Notes: generated from the letters alone by a model not told the origin. 64,000 bases of DNA from Candidatus Magasanikiibacteriota bacterium (GCA_041678665.1 JBAYNU010000001.1:80996-144995), one strand, 5' to 3'. Counted from the stretch's first letter, positions 16,033 to 26,450 are shown. Numbers and translations: made by a program.

Positions 16033-16581
16033 TTACACGGTATGAATTTCTTCTTCTTTCTGCTCTCCAATCTCTTTAATCTTATCGTTAAAATCTTTTA
16101 CCATTTTTTCCAAATCATCCAACAACTTAAATTTTTCATCTTCGCCGATTGATTTTTCTTTTTCTTCCATTATAGCCATCTCTTTAGCTTCTTCCCGCAC
16201 TTTACGAATAGAAACGCGCGCGGCTTCTAATTTTTGATGTAAAACCTTAATAAGTTCGACGCGCCGTTCCGAAGTAAGATCGGGCATGGTAAGACGAATT
16301 ATCCGACCATCATTTTGCGGATTAATACCCAAACCAGAATCGCGAATTCCTTTCTCCACTGCCGCAAGGATAGTTTTGTCCCATGGCTCCAAAATCAATG
16401 TTTTGGCATCTTGCACCACAATAGATGCCACTGCCTTAAGCGACTGATGAATGCCGTAAGCTTCCACCATAATGCTTTCTACCATCGCGGAAGATGCTCT
16501 GCCGGTACGGAGTCCGGCGATATCTTGCTTTAAAAAGTCTACCACCTTAACAAAATCTCCTTTAAAATCATTAATATTCAT
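16033..16581 (-). CDS. frr: Ribosome recycling factor
   Basis: 182 aa. The RRF fold signature and the C-terminal region (LTMPDLTSERRVELIKVLHQKLEAARVSIRKVREEA) match. Confidence 0.9.
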   Translation of the reverse strand: MNINDFKGDFVKVVDFLKQDIAGLRTGRASSAMVESIMVEAYGIHQSLKAVASIVVQDAKTLILEPWDKTILAAVEKGIRDSGLGINPQNDGRIIRLTMPDLTSERRVELIKVLHQKLEAARVSIRKVREEAKEMAIMEEKEKSIGEDEKFKLLDDLEKMVKDFNDKIKEIGEQKEEEIHTV

Positions 16582-16627
16582 ACAACTATTAATTTTAAAA
16601 CTTTATAACTTTTAACTTTATAACTAA

Positions 16628-17722
16628 TCAACTATCCAACAAAGTAAATCCCAAAAATAATTCACTGGTTTGATTTGGATGAACAAACATCATTGCCGGC
16701 ACCGTATTAGTGGGTAATTTCTTGGTTACCCAATTAACCCCGCCGTCCACTGACTTATAAAAAGTCGAACGAATGTGAGTATTTTTATCGCCCAAAAGTG
16801 TTCCGGTATAATACATTTCTTTTTGATTTTTTGGGTTCACCGCAAACGCGTAAATATTCACATTGCCTGGAGGAGTTAACAACTTTAATTCTGACCAAGT
16901 AACGCCGGCGTCATCAGATCGCAAAATACCGTATTTGGAAATCCAAAATAAACCATCCGATTGGGCTGGGTTAAGGATTAAGCGATAAAAAATCTTACTA
17001 TCGCTAAAAGCATTTAAATTTTTATTCAAATCAACCCAGGTAACACCACCATCGTCCGATCTAAACAATCCGTTGCGATAAGAAGCCACATAAAGACGCT
17101 TGGCCGCTTGCGGATCTACCGCTAAATGTTGCAATTCAAAACCAAAACTCTTTATAGTGCGCCAACTCTTGCCGGCATCACTGCTAATAATAATATCTCC
17201 GCCTAATTCGGCTCCATAAACAATGCTACTATTACCATAATCTATACCTAAAGCCACAAATCGTTGATTGGGGCGCTGTTCGGAATAAATCAAATTCCAA
17301 GTACGAGAACAATCGATTGATTTAAAAATGTACTGACCATCACTGGCATACATGGTGCATTTATCTTTAGGGTCAATGGCAAAACCATAAATAAATTTTC
17401 CAGCCAAAGATGGAATCGCCTGCCAGCTATCCCCACTATTATAAGTGTAATACATCCCTTGACCACGCGTAGCCATATAATAAGCATTGGGATCAGATGG
17501 GTCGTTATACAAACGAAAAACCTTAATTCCCGACATGTTCCCTACTCCTTTGGCGGTTGGTAAAGCATTGATTGCTTGCCAAGTCTCACCTTTATCAACT
17601 GATCGAAACATGCCCATTGATCCTTGAGCGGAAGATGAACCGCCGCCAATTGAAATACAAGAAGCGCCGGTAATAACGAATAACGCTAGCAAAGAAAATA
17701 AAATACCTATCTTTATCTTCAT
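16628..17722 (-). CDS. Secreted BNR/Asp-box repeat beta-propeller protein
   Basis: Signal peptide followed by seven S-x-D-x-G-x-T-W type Asp-box repeats (SVDKGETW, SIDCSRTW, SSDAGKSW, SDDGGVTW, SDDAGVTW, SVDGGVNW). Confidence 0.6.
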   Translation of the reverse strand: MKIKIGILFSLLALFVITGASCISIGGGSSSAQGSMGMFRSVDKGETWQAINALPTAKGVGNMSGIKVFRLYNDPSDPNAYYMATRGQGMYYTYNSGDSWQAIPSLAGKFIYGFAIDPKDKCTMYASDGQYIFKSIDCSRTWNLIYSEQRPNQRFVALGIDYGNSSIVYGAELGGDIIISSDAGKSWRTIKSFGFELQHLAVDPQAAKRLYVASYRNGLFRSDDGGVTWVDLNKNLNAFSDSKIFYRLILNPAQSDGLFWISKYGILRSDDAGVTWSELKLLTPPGNVNIYAFAVNPKNQKEMYYTGTLLGDKNTHIRSTFYKSVDGGVNWVTKKLPTNTVPAMMFVHPNQTSELFLGFTLLDS

Positions 17723-17775
17723 ATTATTATATATTTAAATATAAATTTAAAATATTCAACTTATAATATCTTCAT

Positions 17776-18798
17776 TTAAAATTCTAATATCGCTTCTTCA
17801 ATTAATAATCTGGGATTAATATTTTCACCCATTAATTTTTCCGCTTTACCTAATCGATCAATAATCATTAAAATTTTATCTTCAGAAAAATTAGTATATT
17901 TTATCAGATCACTTTCTCCGCTTACTCCCGCCCCAATTGTTAACTTATAAAGTAAAACATCACGCCAAACCACTTGCCAAATTTTCAAAATGTTTTGCCA
18001 CCGCCCGCGTTTCATTTGCGTATCATCGTCTTTTTTCCCAAATAGCTCTTCTACGGCCGCCAACTTAGCATAAAACGGAGAACCAATCATTGAATGTAGG
18101 CGTTGTAATTCGTTGTAATAATCTTGACGCATGGACGGATCTTGCCATAAATTAATAGCTCTGCCGGGCCGGCCCCAAGATAATTTAGCGATCGTGGCGG
18201 CTAATTCTTGCTCACAACCTAAATTTACCATGGCTTGACTAATCTCTTCTGTTGCGACCAAAGAAAAATAAATAATTTGCGCTCGTGAACGGATAGTTGA
18301 TAAAATCGCTTGTTCATCGGTGGTAAGTAAAAATATTATACATTGTTGTGGCGGTTCCTCCAAAACTTTCAGAAGAGCATTGGCTGCTTCATCATTAAGT
18401 AATTCTGCCTCGTCTATTAATACTATTTGGTAGCCACCCAACCAAGATCGACTACGCAAACGCTCACGCAATTCTCGTGCTTGCTTAACGGTAATATCTT
18501 TGTGTAATTTCTCGGTTTTTTCGTCTAATATACGCGCCAAATAAAGATAATCCGATTGACTGACTAACTTCTCTACTGGAACATGCAAAAGCTGACTGGC
18601 TAAATATTCGGCCACCGCACGCTTACCAACTGCTTGTGGCCCAACCAAACAATAAGTATGACTTAAATTTCCGGTTTGAATGGCGCTATTAAAAAACTGA
18701 ATAATTTTGTGGTGACCAATAATACAGTTCTTTTCATTCATATATTTGCTAGGTTCGCTCCAATAGACAGTCAAATTTGATTTTCGTCGACTGCTCAC
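17776..18798 (-). CDS. holB: DNA polymerase III delta-prime subunit (clamp-loader AAA+)
   Basis: Walker A-like YCLVGPQAVGKRAVAEY, LIDEAELLNDEAANALLKVLEEPP and SRAQ (sensor) motifs. The true start may be the internal Met (MNEKNC...). Confidence 0.75.
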   Translation of the reverse strand: MSSRRKSNLTVYWSEPSKYMNEKNCIIGHHKIIQFFNSAIQTGNLSHTYCLVGPQAVGKRAVAEYLASQLLHVPVEKLVSQSDYLYLARILDEKTEKLHKDITVKQARELRERLRSRSWLGGYQIVLIDEAELLNDEAANALLKVLEEPPQQCIIFLLTTDEQAILSTIRSRAQIIYFSLVATEEISQAMVNLGCEQELAATIAKLSWGRPGRAINLWQDPSMRQDYYNELQRLHSMIGSPFYAKLAAVEELFGKKDDDTQMKRGRWQNILKIWQVVWRDVLLYKLTIGAGVSGESDLIKYTNFSEDKILMIIDRLGKAEKLMGENINPRLLIEEAILEF

Positions 18799-18819
18799 AA
18801 ATCATAAAAATATTATAGC

Positions 18820-18912
18820 AGAAAGCCTTAATTTTGACAACAAAAAACCCGCTTTCGTTTACTAGCACTCGGCGGGCTCTATTGTCGATAAAAGCCGACT
18901 AACGGCTTGGCT
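18820..18912 (-). terminator. Two tandem hairpin plus T-run terminators downstream of mreB
   Basis: On the minus strand: GCCG-ttagt-CGGC followed by TTTT, then GCCCGC...GCGGGT followed by TTTTTT. Confidence 0.5.
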
Positions 18913-18916
18913 GATC

Positions 18917-19930
18917 TTACTTCGTCGCCATAATACTTCTTTTATAATTTTCTAAATTCTCCAGCGCAATTCCTGTACCTTTGGCTACACACAATTGTGG
19001 CTCTTCGGCTATGTAAGTAGGTACTCCAGTAGCTTGGGCAATCAATTCATTAATATTACGCAGTTGAGCAGAACCCCCAGTAACAATAATACCCTTATCC
19101 ATCACGTCCGCCGAAAGCTCCGGCGGAGTCTGATTCAGGACTTCCTTTACAGCATCAATAAGTAAACCCAAATCATGCTGTAAAGCTTCGGTAATGTCAT
19201 CAGAGTTAACAGTAATAATCCGCGGTAAACCGGTTACCATATCACGACCCTTAATCTCTACCGTTAATGGTTTATCCATATATAAGACGGAACCAACTTT
19301 AATCTTTATCTCTTCGGCGCTGCGCTCGCCCAAAGCCACATTGTATTTATGACGAACATAATCAACAATAGATTGATCAAACTTATTGCCACCAACTCGA
19401 ACTGATCCCCAAGCCACGATACCACCCAAAGAAATAACTGCTATTTCAGCCTTACCGCCACCGATATCTATCACCAAATGTCCAGCGGCAGCCCCAATCG
19501 GAATATCCGCCCCAATCGCGGCTACGATCGGTTGCTTAATAATATAAGCCGCACGCGCGCCAGCCGCCAAGGTAGCATCAATCACCGCTCTTCTTTCTGT
19601 GGAAGTAACTCCGGCGGGCACGGCAATCATCACTTCTGGCCTAAACAAGCGCATGCCGCCTAAGGCTTTATTAATAAAGTACCTAAGCATCGCTTCGGTA
19701 ATATGATAGTTAGCAATTACCCCCTCTTTTACCGGACGTTGAGCGATAATCGTATCGGGAGTGCGGCCAATCATATCCTTGGCTTCAAAACCAACCGCCA
19801 ATACCTTACCATCAGACTTAGACAAGGCTACCACGCTGGGTTCGTTGACTATGATTCCTTTCTTGGAAACATAAACTAAAACGTTATTTGATCCCAGATC
19901 AATTCCAATTTTTTTGACAAACATAAACAA
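18917..19930 (-). CDS. mreB: Rod-shape-determining actin homologue MreB
   Basis: IGIDLGSNNVLVYV, the actin-fold phosphate loops and IVTGGSAQL match MreB. The ORF-track start is a TTG; the likely true start is the ATG at 19922..19924 (MFVKKIGIDLG). Confidence 0.9.
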   Translation of the reverse strand: MFMFVKKIGIDLGSNNVLVYVSKKGIIVNEPSVVALSKSDGKVLAVGFEAKDMIGRTPDTIIAQRPVKEGVIANYHITEAMLRYFINKALGGMRLFRPEVMIAVPAGVTSTERRAVIDATLAAGARAAYIIKQPIVAAIGADIPIGAAAGHLVIDIGGGKAEIAVISLGGIVAWGSVRVGGNKFDQSIVDYVRHKYNVALGERSAEEIKIKVGSVLYMDKPLTVEIKGRDMVTGLPRIITVNSDDITEALQHDLGLLIDAVKEVLNQTPPELSADVMDKGIIVTGGSAQLRNINELIAQATGVPTYIAEEPQLCVAKGTGIALENLENYKRSIMATK

Positions 19931-19999
19931 TCGTTAAAACATAAAAACATTAAAACATAAAAACAAACCACCTATTTACTGCCCTTATGTTCTAGCGTT
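19931..19999. repeat. Leader repeat with tandem ATGTTTT(A/T)A units immediately upstream of mreB
   Basis: The minus-strand reading ends ...tgtttttatgttttaatgtttttatgttttaacgattgtttATG. It shares aatattaaaac and the (ATGTTTTNA)n block with 34453..34527. Confidence 0.55.
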
Positions 20000-21442
20000 T
20001 TAATATTTTAGCGATACACTAAACTCCCTATCAACAATCAAATCCTTTGTCAAATCATACCGATTGTCACCAAACTTAGCGGTTGGCTCGGCTGGACTGG
20101 CGACTATTACCTTTTTACCAAAATCTAAACCAAGTGTCAATTTTACCGCTAAGCTACCCAACTGTTTTTGTACCAACAAATTATACTTTCCGGTTTTAAA
20201 TTGTTCATTCAGTGGTTCGGGTAAATAATATTTGAAAGATAACTCCCCGGTTTTACCCGGCTCAATAGAAATAAACGCCCCAAACCACTGCCGACCATTT
20301 TCGATACCTTGATCAACCGGACCAACTTCCAAACTACGATCAGTTTTCATTGCCCCTTTGGCACTAATTAGCTTACTACCAAAAGGCACGTATAGTCTAG
20401 CATAGCTACGATAACGGCTAGTACGCCAATCAAACTTGCCATTGTGATCATAAGCCATCTTGGCTTCGGCCACCAAACCAGAAACAGTGGAAGAAATGCT
20501 ATAGAAAATTTGTTTATCTACTGCCAAATCGGTTTTCAAAGCTCCTAAATTGGCATCTACCCACAACAAATAATCGCCACTACTAGCGCGGGTTTCGCCC
20601 GACCATCCTTGCCGTGATAAAATTGTTTGAACCTCCGGTAAAGACGAATATACCATAACCTGTTTCTCGGCAATCATTTGCTCCCACAAAGCATAATATT
20701 TGCTCCAATTCAAAATAATATCAAACTTCATTTTGCTAATTAACGCCTGCGCCACACTGCCGAGCAAATCTTTGCGATTGCTGCGCTCAATACCTTTGTC
20801 TTTGTACCCATATTCAACTTCATACTCCAATTTTTCTACCAAGTTATCACTATTAAACTCTATGCCGTCAATTTTTATCGGGCCGGTCATTTGTAAAATT
20901 TTAGAAATTACGGTCGGAGTAAAACCAATCACTCCATAAATATCATCTGCCGCCACCCCTTTTTCTTTGCGGTAAAGATCCAAAGAAACAGCGCTTGATA
21001 AAGCAAAATCCGGCGACCAGTTGCTATCACGGAAATACCACTTTTCAGTCTTTAAATAACTAGCAATCGGCACTGGCGGTAAAGGCAAATCTACATTTGA
21101 TTGACTGTAATCCAATATCTCGGTGCCTTCCGTCTTAATAATTTCCGGCCTAGCTTTATCCACTTTTATCACCCCATATGATCCGATAAATCCGCCGCCC
21201 GGCCTTAATTCGGTATTATTTAAAAACAACAATAAATAATAACGAGGAGATTGAAATCCTAACAAATCTTGAAAAATGTTTTCCTGCTGAATCGTGCCGT
21301 TGATAGTAGTTGTTTGCGTTTGAAATAATTTACTTACCAATGTTTTCTGTAAATTACCGGCATAATACCAAAAATACCATCCCCCGGCCAAAAATAATAA
21401 AACTACTAAAAATATAATAACCAATATTTTAATTTTTTTCAT
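20000..21442 (-). CDS. DUF4012-family membrane-anchored protein (polysaccharide-associated)
   Basis: 480 aa, N-terminal TM helix, the NNTELRPGGGFIGSYG motif characteristic of DUF4012. Adjacent to a processive GT2. Confidence 0.5.
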   Translation of the reverse strand: MKKIKILVIIFLVVLLFLAGGWYFWYYAGNLQKTLVSKLFQTQTTTINGTIQQENIFQDLLGFQSPRYYLLLFLNNTELRPGGGFIGSYGVIKVDKARPEIIKTEGTEILDYSQSNVDLPLPPVPIASYLKTEKWYFRDSNWSPDFALSSAVSLDLYRKEKGVAADDIYGVIGFTPTVISKILQMTGPIKIDGIEFNSDNLVEKLEYEVEYGYKDKGIERSNRKDLLGSVAQALISKMKFDIILNWSKYYALWEQMIAEKQVMVYSSLPEVQTILSRQGWSGETRASSGDYLLWVDANLGALKTDLAVDKQIFYSISSTVSGLVAEAKMAYDHNGKFDWRTSRYRSYARLYVPFGSKLISAKGAMKTDRSLEVGPVDQGIENGRQWFGAFISIEPGKTGELSFKYYLPEPLNEQFKTGKYNLLVQKQLGSLAVKLTLGLDFGKKVIVASPAEPTAKFGDNRYDLTKDLIVDREFSVSLKY

Positions 21443-21450
21443 AAAAAATA

Positions 21451-22935
21451 CTATAATCTTTTTTTTGCCGATACGTTAAATCCTAAATACTTTCCAAACA
21501 TTAAATGAGTAACCGCGTCAAGGCACGGCAAAGCGGAGAAGAAAACCAAAGACACCGGAAGCAAAAGCCATTGAGCAATCATAAACAAGTATTTATGGGG
21601 CGAATGATGACCGGGACGAACGGGCATAATAAGCATGCTCATGACGGTAGATACGAACAAACCCAACATGGCTAAACGCATTAAATTTTCCAAAACAAAC
21701 GGCGTGTTAAAAAATAAAGCGCTTTGACGAATTTCGTCGGGAGCAATCCAAAGTGGCAACCGCCCTAAGATTGTAATGAGAATAGCCACCACCGCCCAAC
21801 TCCATTTTCCCTCCCATTCGTGAAATAAAACAACAAATTTCTTCCAAAGACCAATACGCGGATGTAGCCGATATTGCCATAATAAATAAGGAATATGCTC
21901 AGTCCCCCATGCCCAGCGCCGTTGTTGAAAATATAAATTTTTCAAACTGCCTATTAATTTATTATCACGCACCGTATCCATTGATACCGGAATGTATAGG
22001 GGAGTCACCTCATAGTCACCATTATAATGTAACCAACATTGAAAAAATATTCGTGAATCTTCGCTAACGATATTCTTGGCATGACCACCGCAATCTATCA
22101 ATGCCTTAAAGCTCATGCTATGAGAAGAAAAGGTTACCAAGTTATCTAAACGAGCCAGGCTAAAAAGCATCCAGAAACTGGTACTGAAAGCCATAATACG
22201 TAATACCGAAGGCGACTCCCATAAATTATTATTATAAAGAGTAACCGGCTGAAAAGAACTGCGAGTGGGGTTAGGATGAAGACAATAAGTGTAAGTTAGA
22301 TGAGCAAAATATTCTTTATGCACCACAGTGTCGATGTCAAATATTGACACAATAATATTGGCGTAATCCCATTTTTTTTGATCGGCATATTTTTTAAATT
22401 CCCATTCGGCAAAATGAATATTAGAACCCTTACCGGAAATTTCACCCGGCAAATCAGCGGGATGAGTATACAACAATAAATCAGCAAAACGTCCAGAAAA
22501 ATTTTGCTGAATTTTTTCTTTCACTGTCTGCCAATGATCCCCATTTCGCTGTTCACCTGAAATTATAATATAAAGACGCTCAACTGGATAAGAAGACGCC
22601 AAAAGACTAAGCAAGGTGGCCGCTACCACCTCATAAGATTCATTATAAATAGGTAAAAATATTACATTAATCCGCTTAGACCAATCCGGTATTTCTTTTT
22701 TTAATTTCTCCAACCAATTTATTCGAATTGACTTGCGAAAACGCCACCAAGACAAAATTAAATAGAATGAAAAATAAACTACTCGCAAAACCCAATAAAC
22801 ATCAAAAATTAAAATGGCATAAATCATCCAAAGCGGTTTAATAAAAGATAAAGCAACACACCCCAAAAGAGTAAACCAAATACTGGCTCCGGGAAGTATC
22901 TCGTATAAACGATAACGCTGATAATCGGAAAACAT
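21451..22935 (-). CDS. Processive family-2 glycosyltransferase (cellulose/chitin-synthase-like, membrane-embedded)
   Basis: 494 aa, multiple TM helices flanking a GT-A domain, with the QQRRWAWG (QxxRW) processive-GT2 motif. Confidence 0.7.
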   Translation of the reverse strand: MFSDYQRYRLYEILPGASIWFTLLGCVALSFIKPLWMIYAILIFDVYWVLRVVYFSFYLILSWWRFRKSIRINWLEKLKKEIPDWSKRINVIFLPIYNESYEVVAATLLSLLASSYPVERLYIIISGEQRNGDHWQTVKEKIQQNFSGRFADLLLYTHPADLPGEISGKGSNIHFAEWEFKKYADQKKWDYANIIVSIFDIDTVVHKEYFAHLTYTYCLHPNPTRSSFQPVTLYNNNLWESPSVLRIMAFSTSFWMLFSLARLDNLVTFSSHSMSFKALIDCGGHAKNIVSEDSRIFFQCWLHYNGDYEVTPLYIPVSMDTVRDNKLIGSLKNLYFQQRRWAWGTEHIPYLLWQYRLHPRIGLWKKFVVLFHEWEGKWSWAVVAILITILGRLPLWIAPDEIRQSALFFNTPFVLENLMRLAMLGLFVSTVMSMLIMPVRPGHHSPHKYLFMIAQWLLLPVSLVFFSALPCLDAVTHLMFGKYLGFNVSAKKRL

Positions 22936-22966
22936 CGTAAAAAATTAAAAATCAAACTGCAAACGA

Positions 22967-23344
22967 CTATACTAATTTATCTTTCTGTTTACCAATGCTC
23001 GGTTCGGCGCTGTACTGAGCGCTAATATATTTACCAACTGGCTGAATACTTAACTGGCCTAACCAATCTTCTTGAGGAGTTAGCACTCCCAACACTGGAA
23101 TTTGCAAGGTAAAAGACAAAATATTAGCCATCGTCACGGCAATACGCGTAGCGGTGAATTTACCCCGCCCAACTACTACCGCCAACCCAGATATTTGATA
23201 CGGTGTAATTTTTAATTTGGCCAATAACTTATCAAAACTAGCCAACAAGGTGACGTTTTTAAATACCCACTCCTTTCTAGTGCGACCAATTTGCGCTTGC
23301 CAAATAATCTTAGTATTCTCCGAATTATCAAATAACAAATACAT
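22967..23344 (-). CDS. tsaB: TsaB-like (YeaZ/Gcp-like, truncated) tRNA t6A pathway protein
   Basis: 125 aa. ISGLAVVVGRGKFTATRIAVTMANILSFTLQIPVLGV matches the TsaB dimerisation/ASKHA N-lobe. The C-lobe is missing. Confidence 0.5.
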   Translation of the reverse strand: MYLLFDNSENTKIIWQAQIGRTRKEWVFKNVTLLASFDKLLAKLKITPYQISGLAVVVGRGKFTATRIAVTMANILSFTLQIPVLGVLTPQEDWLGQLSIQPVGKYISAQYSAEPSIGKQKDKLV

Positions 23345-23349
23345 ACGGA

Positions 23350-23946
23350 TTATTTAAGACGATGATTGTCAACTACTACTATATGTTTTGCTTCTAAAAT
23401 GCCATACAAAAAACGATCACCAATTTCGCGTCTTTCTTCAAATTCCTTGTCAGTCATTACCGTATAACGAATAGAAGCGCTAACTACTTTCTCAAATTCT
23501 TTTACCGACTTAGCAAGTAAATTTTCCTTAATTTCTCCCACGATCAACATATCGGTGGGGCTATGTTCATCGTTGGAAAAAATTCCGGAAAGCAAAAAGA
23601 AATTTAGCTGACCAATCCTCTTCTTTAAAGAATTAATAAACTCCTGCTCTTCCAAAACTTGCGCTTTGAATAGCAGTGCCCTTAGCTCTGGAACTAATAA
23701 ATTTCCACCGTTAAGCTTGTAGTATTTGGAACGTTCGGTGCCGGTTTTCTGCTCATTATCAGCAGAGGTCTCGACAACCACTACGATGCCAACTGTCTCC
23801 AAATTAGAAAGCTCGCGCCTAATGGTATTTAATTGCAAATTGGCCATTCGCGCTAGTTCCCGCACATAAAACGATTTGTCTGAATTGCGGAAAAAAATTT
23901 GCATTAATTTTACTCTGGTCTTTGAACCAAAAATGTGTTCAAGCAT
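23350..23946 (-). CDS. Winged-helix transcriptional regulator with a C-terminal domain of unknown function
   Basis: N-terminal SFYVRELARMANLQLNTIRRELSNLETVGIV is an ArsR/MarR-like wHTH. Divergently arranged from the 24086 gene. Confidence 0.45.
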   Translation of the reverse strand: MLEHIFGSKTRVKLMQIFFRNSDKSFYVRELARMANLQLNTIRRELSNLETVGIVVVVETSADNEQKTGTERSKYYKLNGGNLLVPELRALLFKAQVLEEQEFINSLKKRIGQLNFFLLSGIFSNDEHSPTDMLIVGEIKENLLAKSVKEFEKVVSASIRYTVMTDKEFEERREIGDRFLYGILEAKHIVVVDNHRLK

Positions 23947-24085
23947 ATTTTAACAAATTAAAACTGATAATTAACGCCCTTAAGCCGCGCAATTATTTAA
24001 ACAAGCAACAGCTTGTCATGCCAGACTCCCTTTACGCTCTGCTTAGCATATAGTATAATAGTTATAGCTTAAAAAGTCAAAATAT

Positions 24086-26359
24086 ATGAATCATGTTTTG
24101 CGCCTCCACGAATTCTTCGTTGAAGGCAAAAATCAACAAAAATCACACGTGCTGTTACACATTACCGAGCCGGCCACCGAAACCGAAAAACAAAAAGGAT
24201 ACTTTTTTGCTGTCTGCGAAATTAATAATGGCGACATTAATAAAATTCTTAAACTGCAAGAGATTATTGACCAAATAGAAAATGAATATTATGAAATTTC
24301 TGCCGGTGATAATAATGACATTTTTGAAGCCACCTTGAACAAGGTTAATCCCGCCGGTTTCTCTTTGCTCAAAAATGATTTAGTACTCAATTGTTTGGTG
24401 GGAGTAATCAAACAGGCTGAAATTATATTTTCTTTCTACGGCCAACCGGTATTGGCGTTATTTTATAAAAATAAACAAGGTCTTTATCAAAAACTTGATT
24501 TAATTGAATCTAATCAGGAAGAAGAAAATACTACCCTATTTTCTCAGGTCATCCAAGGAAAAATAAGCCCGGAAGATCACCTTTTTGTTGGAACACCCCA
24601 TATTCTAGATTACTTTAATTTAGATAGAATTGAAAAAATTATCACTACCCGCCCCGCTCGACAAAGCGCCGAGCATTTAGAAAGAGTGCTAACAGAATTA
24701 AAAAATGGTTATTCTTTCGGCGGTTTAATCATTAATTTGCATCCCCAAGACGAAACCACTGGCAATCGCGCAAAAATTCTACCACCCCAAGAAGGATCAG
24801 CAAAATCTCTAAACAATTTTTTTGACACTGAAAAACAAACTGCCGACATTCTTTCCCCTTCGGTTATGCCTAAAATGGGAAGCAAACTAAAAAGCTTTTT
24901 TCATTCCGCCAAAAATTCTTCTACATCAAATACTAATATCAGCATTAAACAGCAACCTGCGGAAATTCAATCTACCCACCTACGTCCGCACCGCTCCAAC
25001 AGAAACAATACCGACACACAGAATACCATCGCCAATTTAAAAATATACACCAAAAAAAGTGCGGTTTTAATTGGGCAAGGGTTGATTTGGATAATTATGG
25101 CCGTCTGGACCATTGTTTGGCAATTCATCAATTTAATTGGTCTAATATTTTTGATTATTACCAATATTCAGAATCGCCGACAAATGATCCTGGAAAATTG
25201 GCGACGGGGGTGGAACGGATACAAAAATAATCTTAAACAACTGCCGCTAACTACTAAAATTCTTTTGGGGTCATCTGCAATTGTCGCCTTAATTTTTATT
25301 TCTAGTATAATCTACTTACGCCACCAACAATCTCAAAAAGCTAACCAACAAATGTTTAATTCCTATTTGGAACAAATCACAGCCAAAAAAGATGCCGCCG
25401 AAAGCGCGCTTATATACAATGATGAAAATGCAGCCTTAATTCAAATCCAAGCGGCCAATCAACTACTAAATGAATTGGATTGTAAAAATAAAGATAATCA
25501 GAATGATTGCGAAAAAATAAAAGATTCTTTAGAACAACTGGCAATAAAATTACGCAAGATAACTATTGTTAATCCCCAAATATTATTTGATTGGTCTAGC
25601 GAAATAGAAAAACAAAAATTAACTGCATTTTTGAAATTAGGAACAAAAATTATTGCTTACAGTCCAAACACTTCATCTTTGTTTATTTATGACGCCCTAA
25701 CAAAAAACAACAAAGTGTTACCGATAAACATTATTGGCACTGCCGGTTTGGAAGCAGCAGCTGTCCCCAAGGAAAATGATTACGCTTTATTTGTTTATAA
25801 CAAAACTTCTCTCATCCGTTATGATCCTACCGATAATTCAATCAAAAATATTGAAGTATCCTACCCTAATTCGAATGCTGAAATAAAAGGAATAGTAATC
25901 TACAATCGCCGTCTTTATTCTTTAGACGTATTTAATAACTCCATTTACCGCCATGATTCAATCAAAAATGGCTTCGCCCAAGGAGTGCCGTGGTTGAAAG
26001 ACAATAATACTGACCTGAAAAATGGCGTTGATATTACTATTGATGGCGACTTATTCGTACAAAAAAGCGACGGTAATATTGTCAAATTTAACGCCGGGGT
26101 CACTCAGCTATTTAATATCCAAGGACTGGATCCTGTTCTAACTTCCGCCAACGAAATCTGGACTTACACCGATTTAAACTATTTATATATTCTTGATACC
26201 GATAATAATCGCCTAATATTATTGAATAAAGATGGGCGAATAAAAAACCAAATTATGGCGGAACAATTTGTCCACCCCGATGACATGATAATTGACGAAC
26301 CGAATAACCGCGCTTATATTTTGGACGAAAACAAACTCTACCAAATTAATTTAAAATAA
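24086..26359 (+). CDS. Large membrane protein: N-terminal soluble domain, central TM helices, coiled coil, C-terminal beta-propeller-like repeats
   Basis: 757 aa. TM segments around residues 330-410, a Gln/Asn-rich coiled-coil, and repeated hydrophobic-N-x-I-Y/L blades at the C-terminus. No assignable family. Confidence 0.5.
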   Translation: MNHVLRLHEFFVEGKNQQKSHVLLHITEPATETEKQKGYFFAVCEINNGDINKILKLQEIIDQIENEYYEISAGDNNDIFEATLNKVNPAGFSLLKNDLVLNCLVGVIKQAEIIFSFYGQPVLALFYKNKQGLYQKLDLIESNQEEENTTLFSQVIQGKISPEDHLFVGTPHILDYFNLDRIEKIITTRPARQSAEHLERVLTELKNGYSFGGLIINLHPQDETTGNRAKILPPQEGSAKSLNNFFDTEKQTADILSPSVMPKMGSKLKSFFHSAKNSSTSNTNISIKQQPAEIQSTHLRPHRSNRNNTDTQNTIANLKIYTKKSAVLIGQGLIWIIMAVWTIVWQFINLIGLIFLIITNIQNRRQMILENWRRGWNGYKNNLKQLPLTTKILLGSSAIVALIFISSIIYLRHQQSQKANQQMFNSYLEQITAKKDAAESALIYNDENAALIQIQAANQLLNELDCKNKDNQNDCEKIKDSLEQLAIKLRKITIVNPQILFDWSSEIEKQKLTAFLKLGTKIIAYSPNTSSLFIYDALTKNNKVLPINIIGTAGLEAAAVPKENDYALFVYNKTSLIRYDPTDNSIKNIEVSYPNSNAEIKGIVIYNRRLYSLDVFNNSIYRHDSIKNGFAQGVPWLKDNNTDLKNGVDITIDGDLFVQKSDGNIVKFNAGVTQLFNIQGLDPVLTSANEIWTYTDLNYLYILDTDNNRLILLNKDGRIKNQIMAEQFVHPDDMIIDEPNNRAYILDENKLYQINLK

Positions 26360-26421
26360 TAAACAAACTAATTCTTGACCCAATGGTCGGGATATTGAAA
26401 CGTCCGGTTAATCCTAATTTT

Positions 26422-26450
26422 AAAATACCCAGCTTATAGCTGGGTATTTT
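26422..26450. terminator. Bidirectional rho-independent terminator between the 24086 gene and murG
   Basis: AAAATACCCAGC-ttata-GCTGGGTATTTT. Perfect stem, A-run and T-run on either side. Confidence 0.65.
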
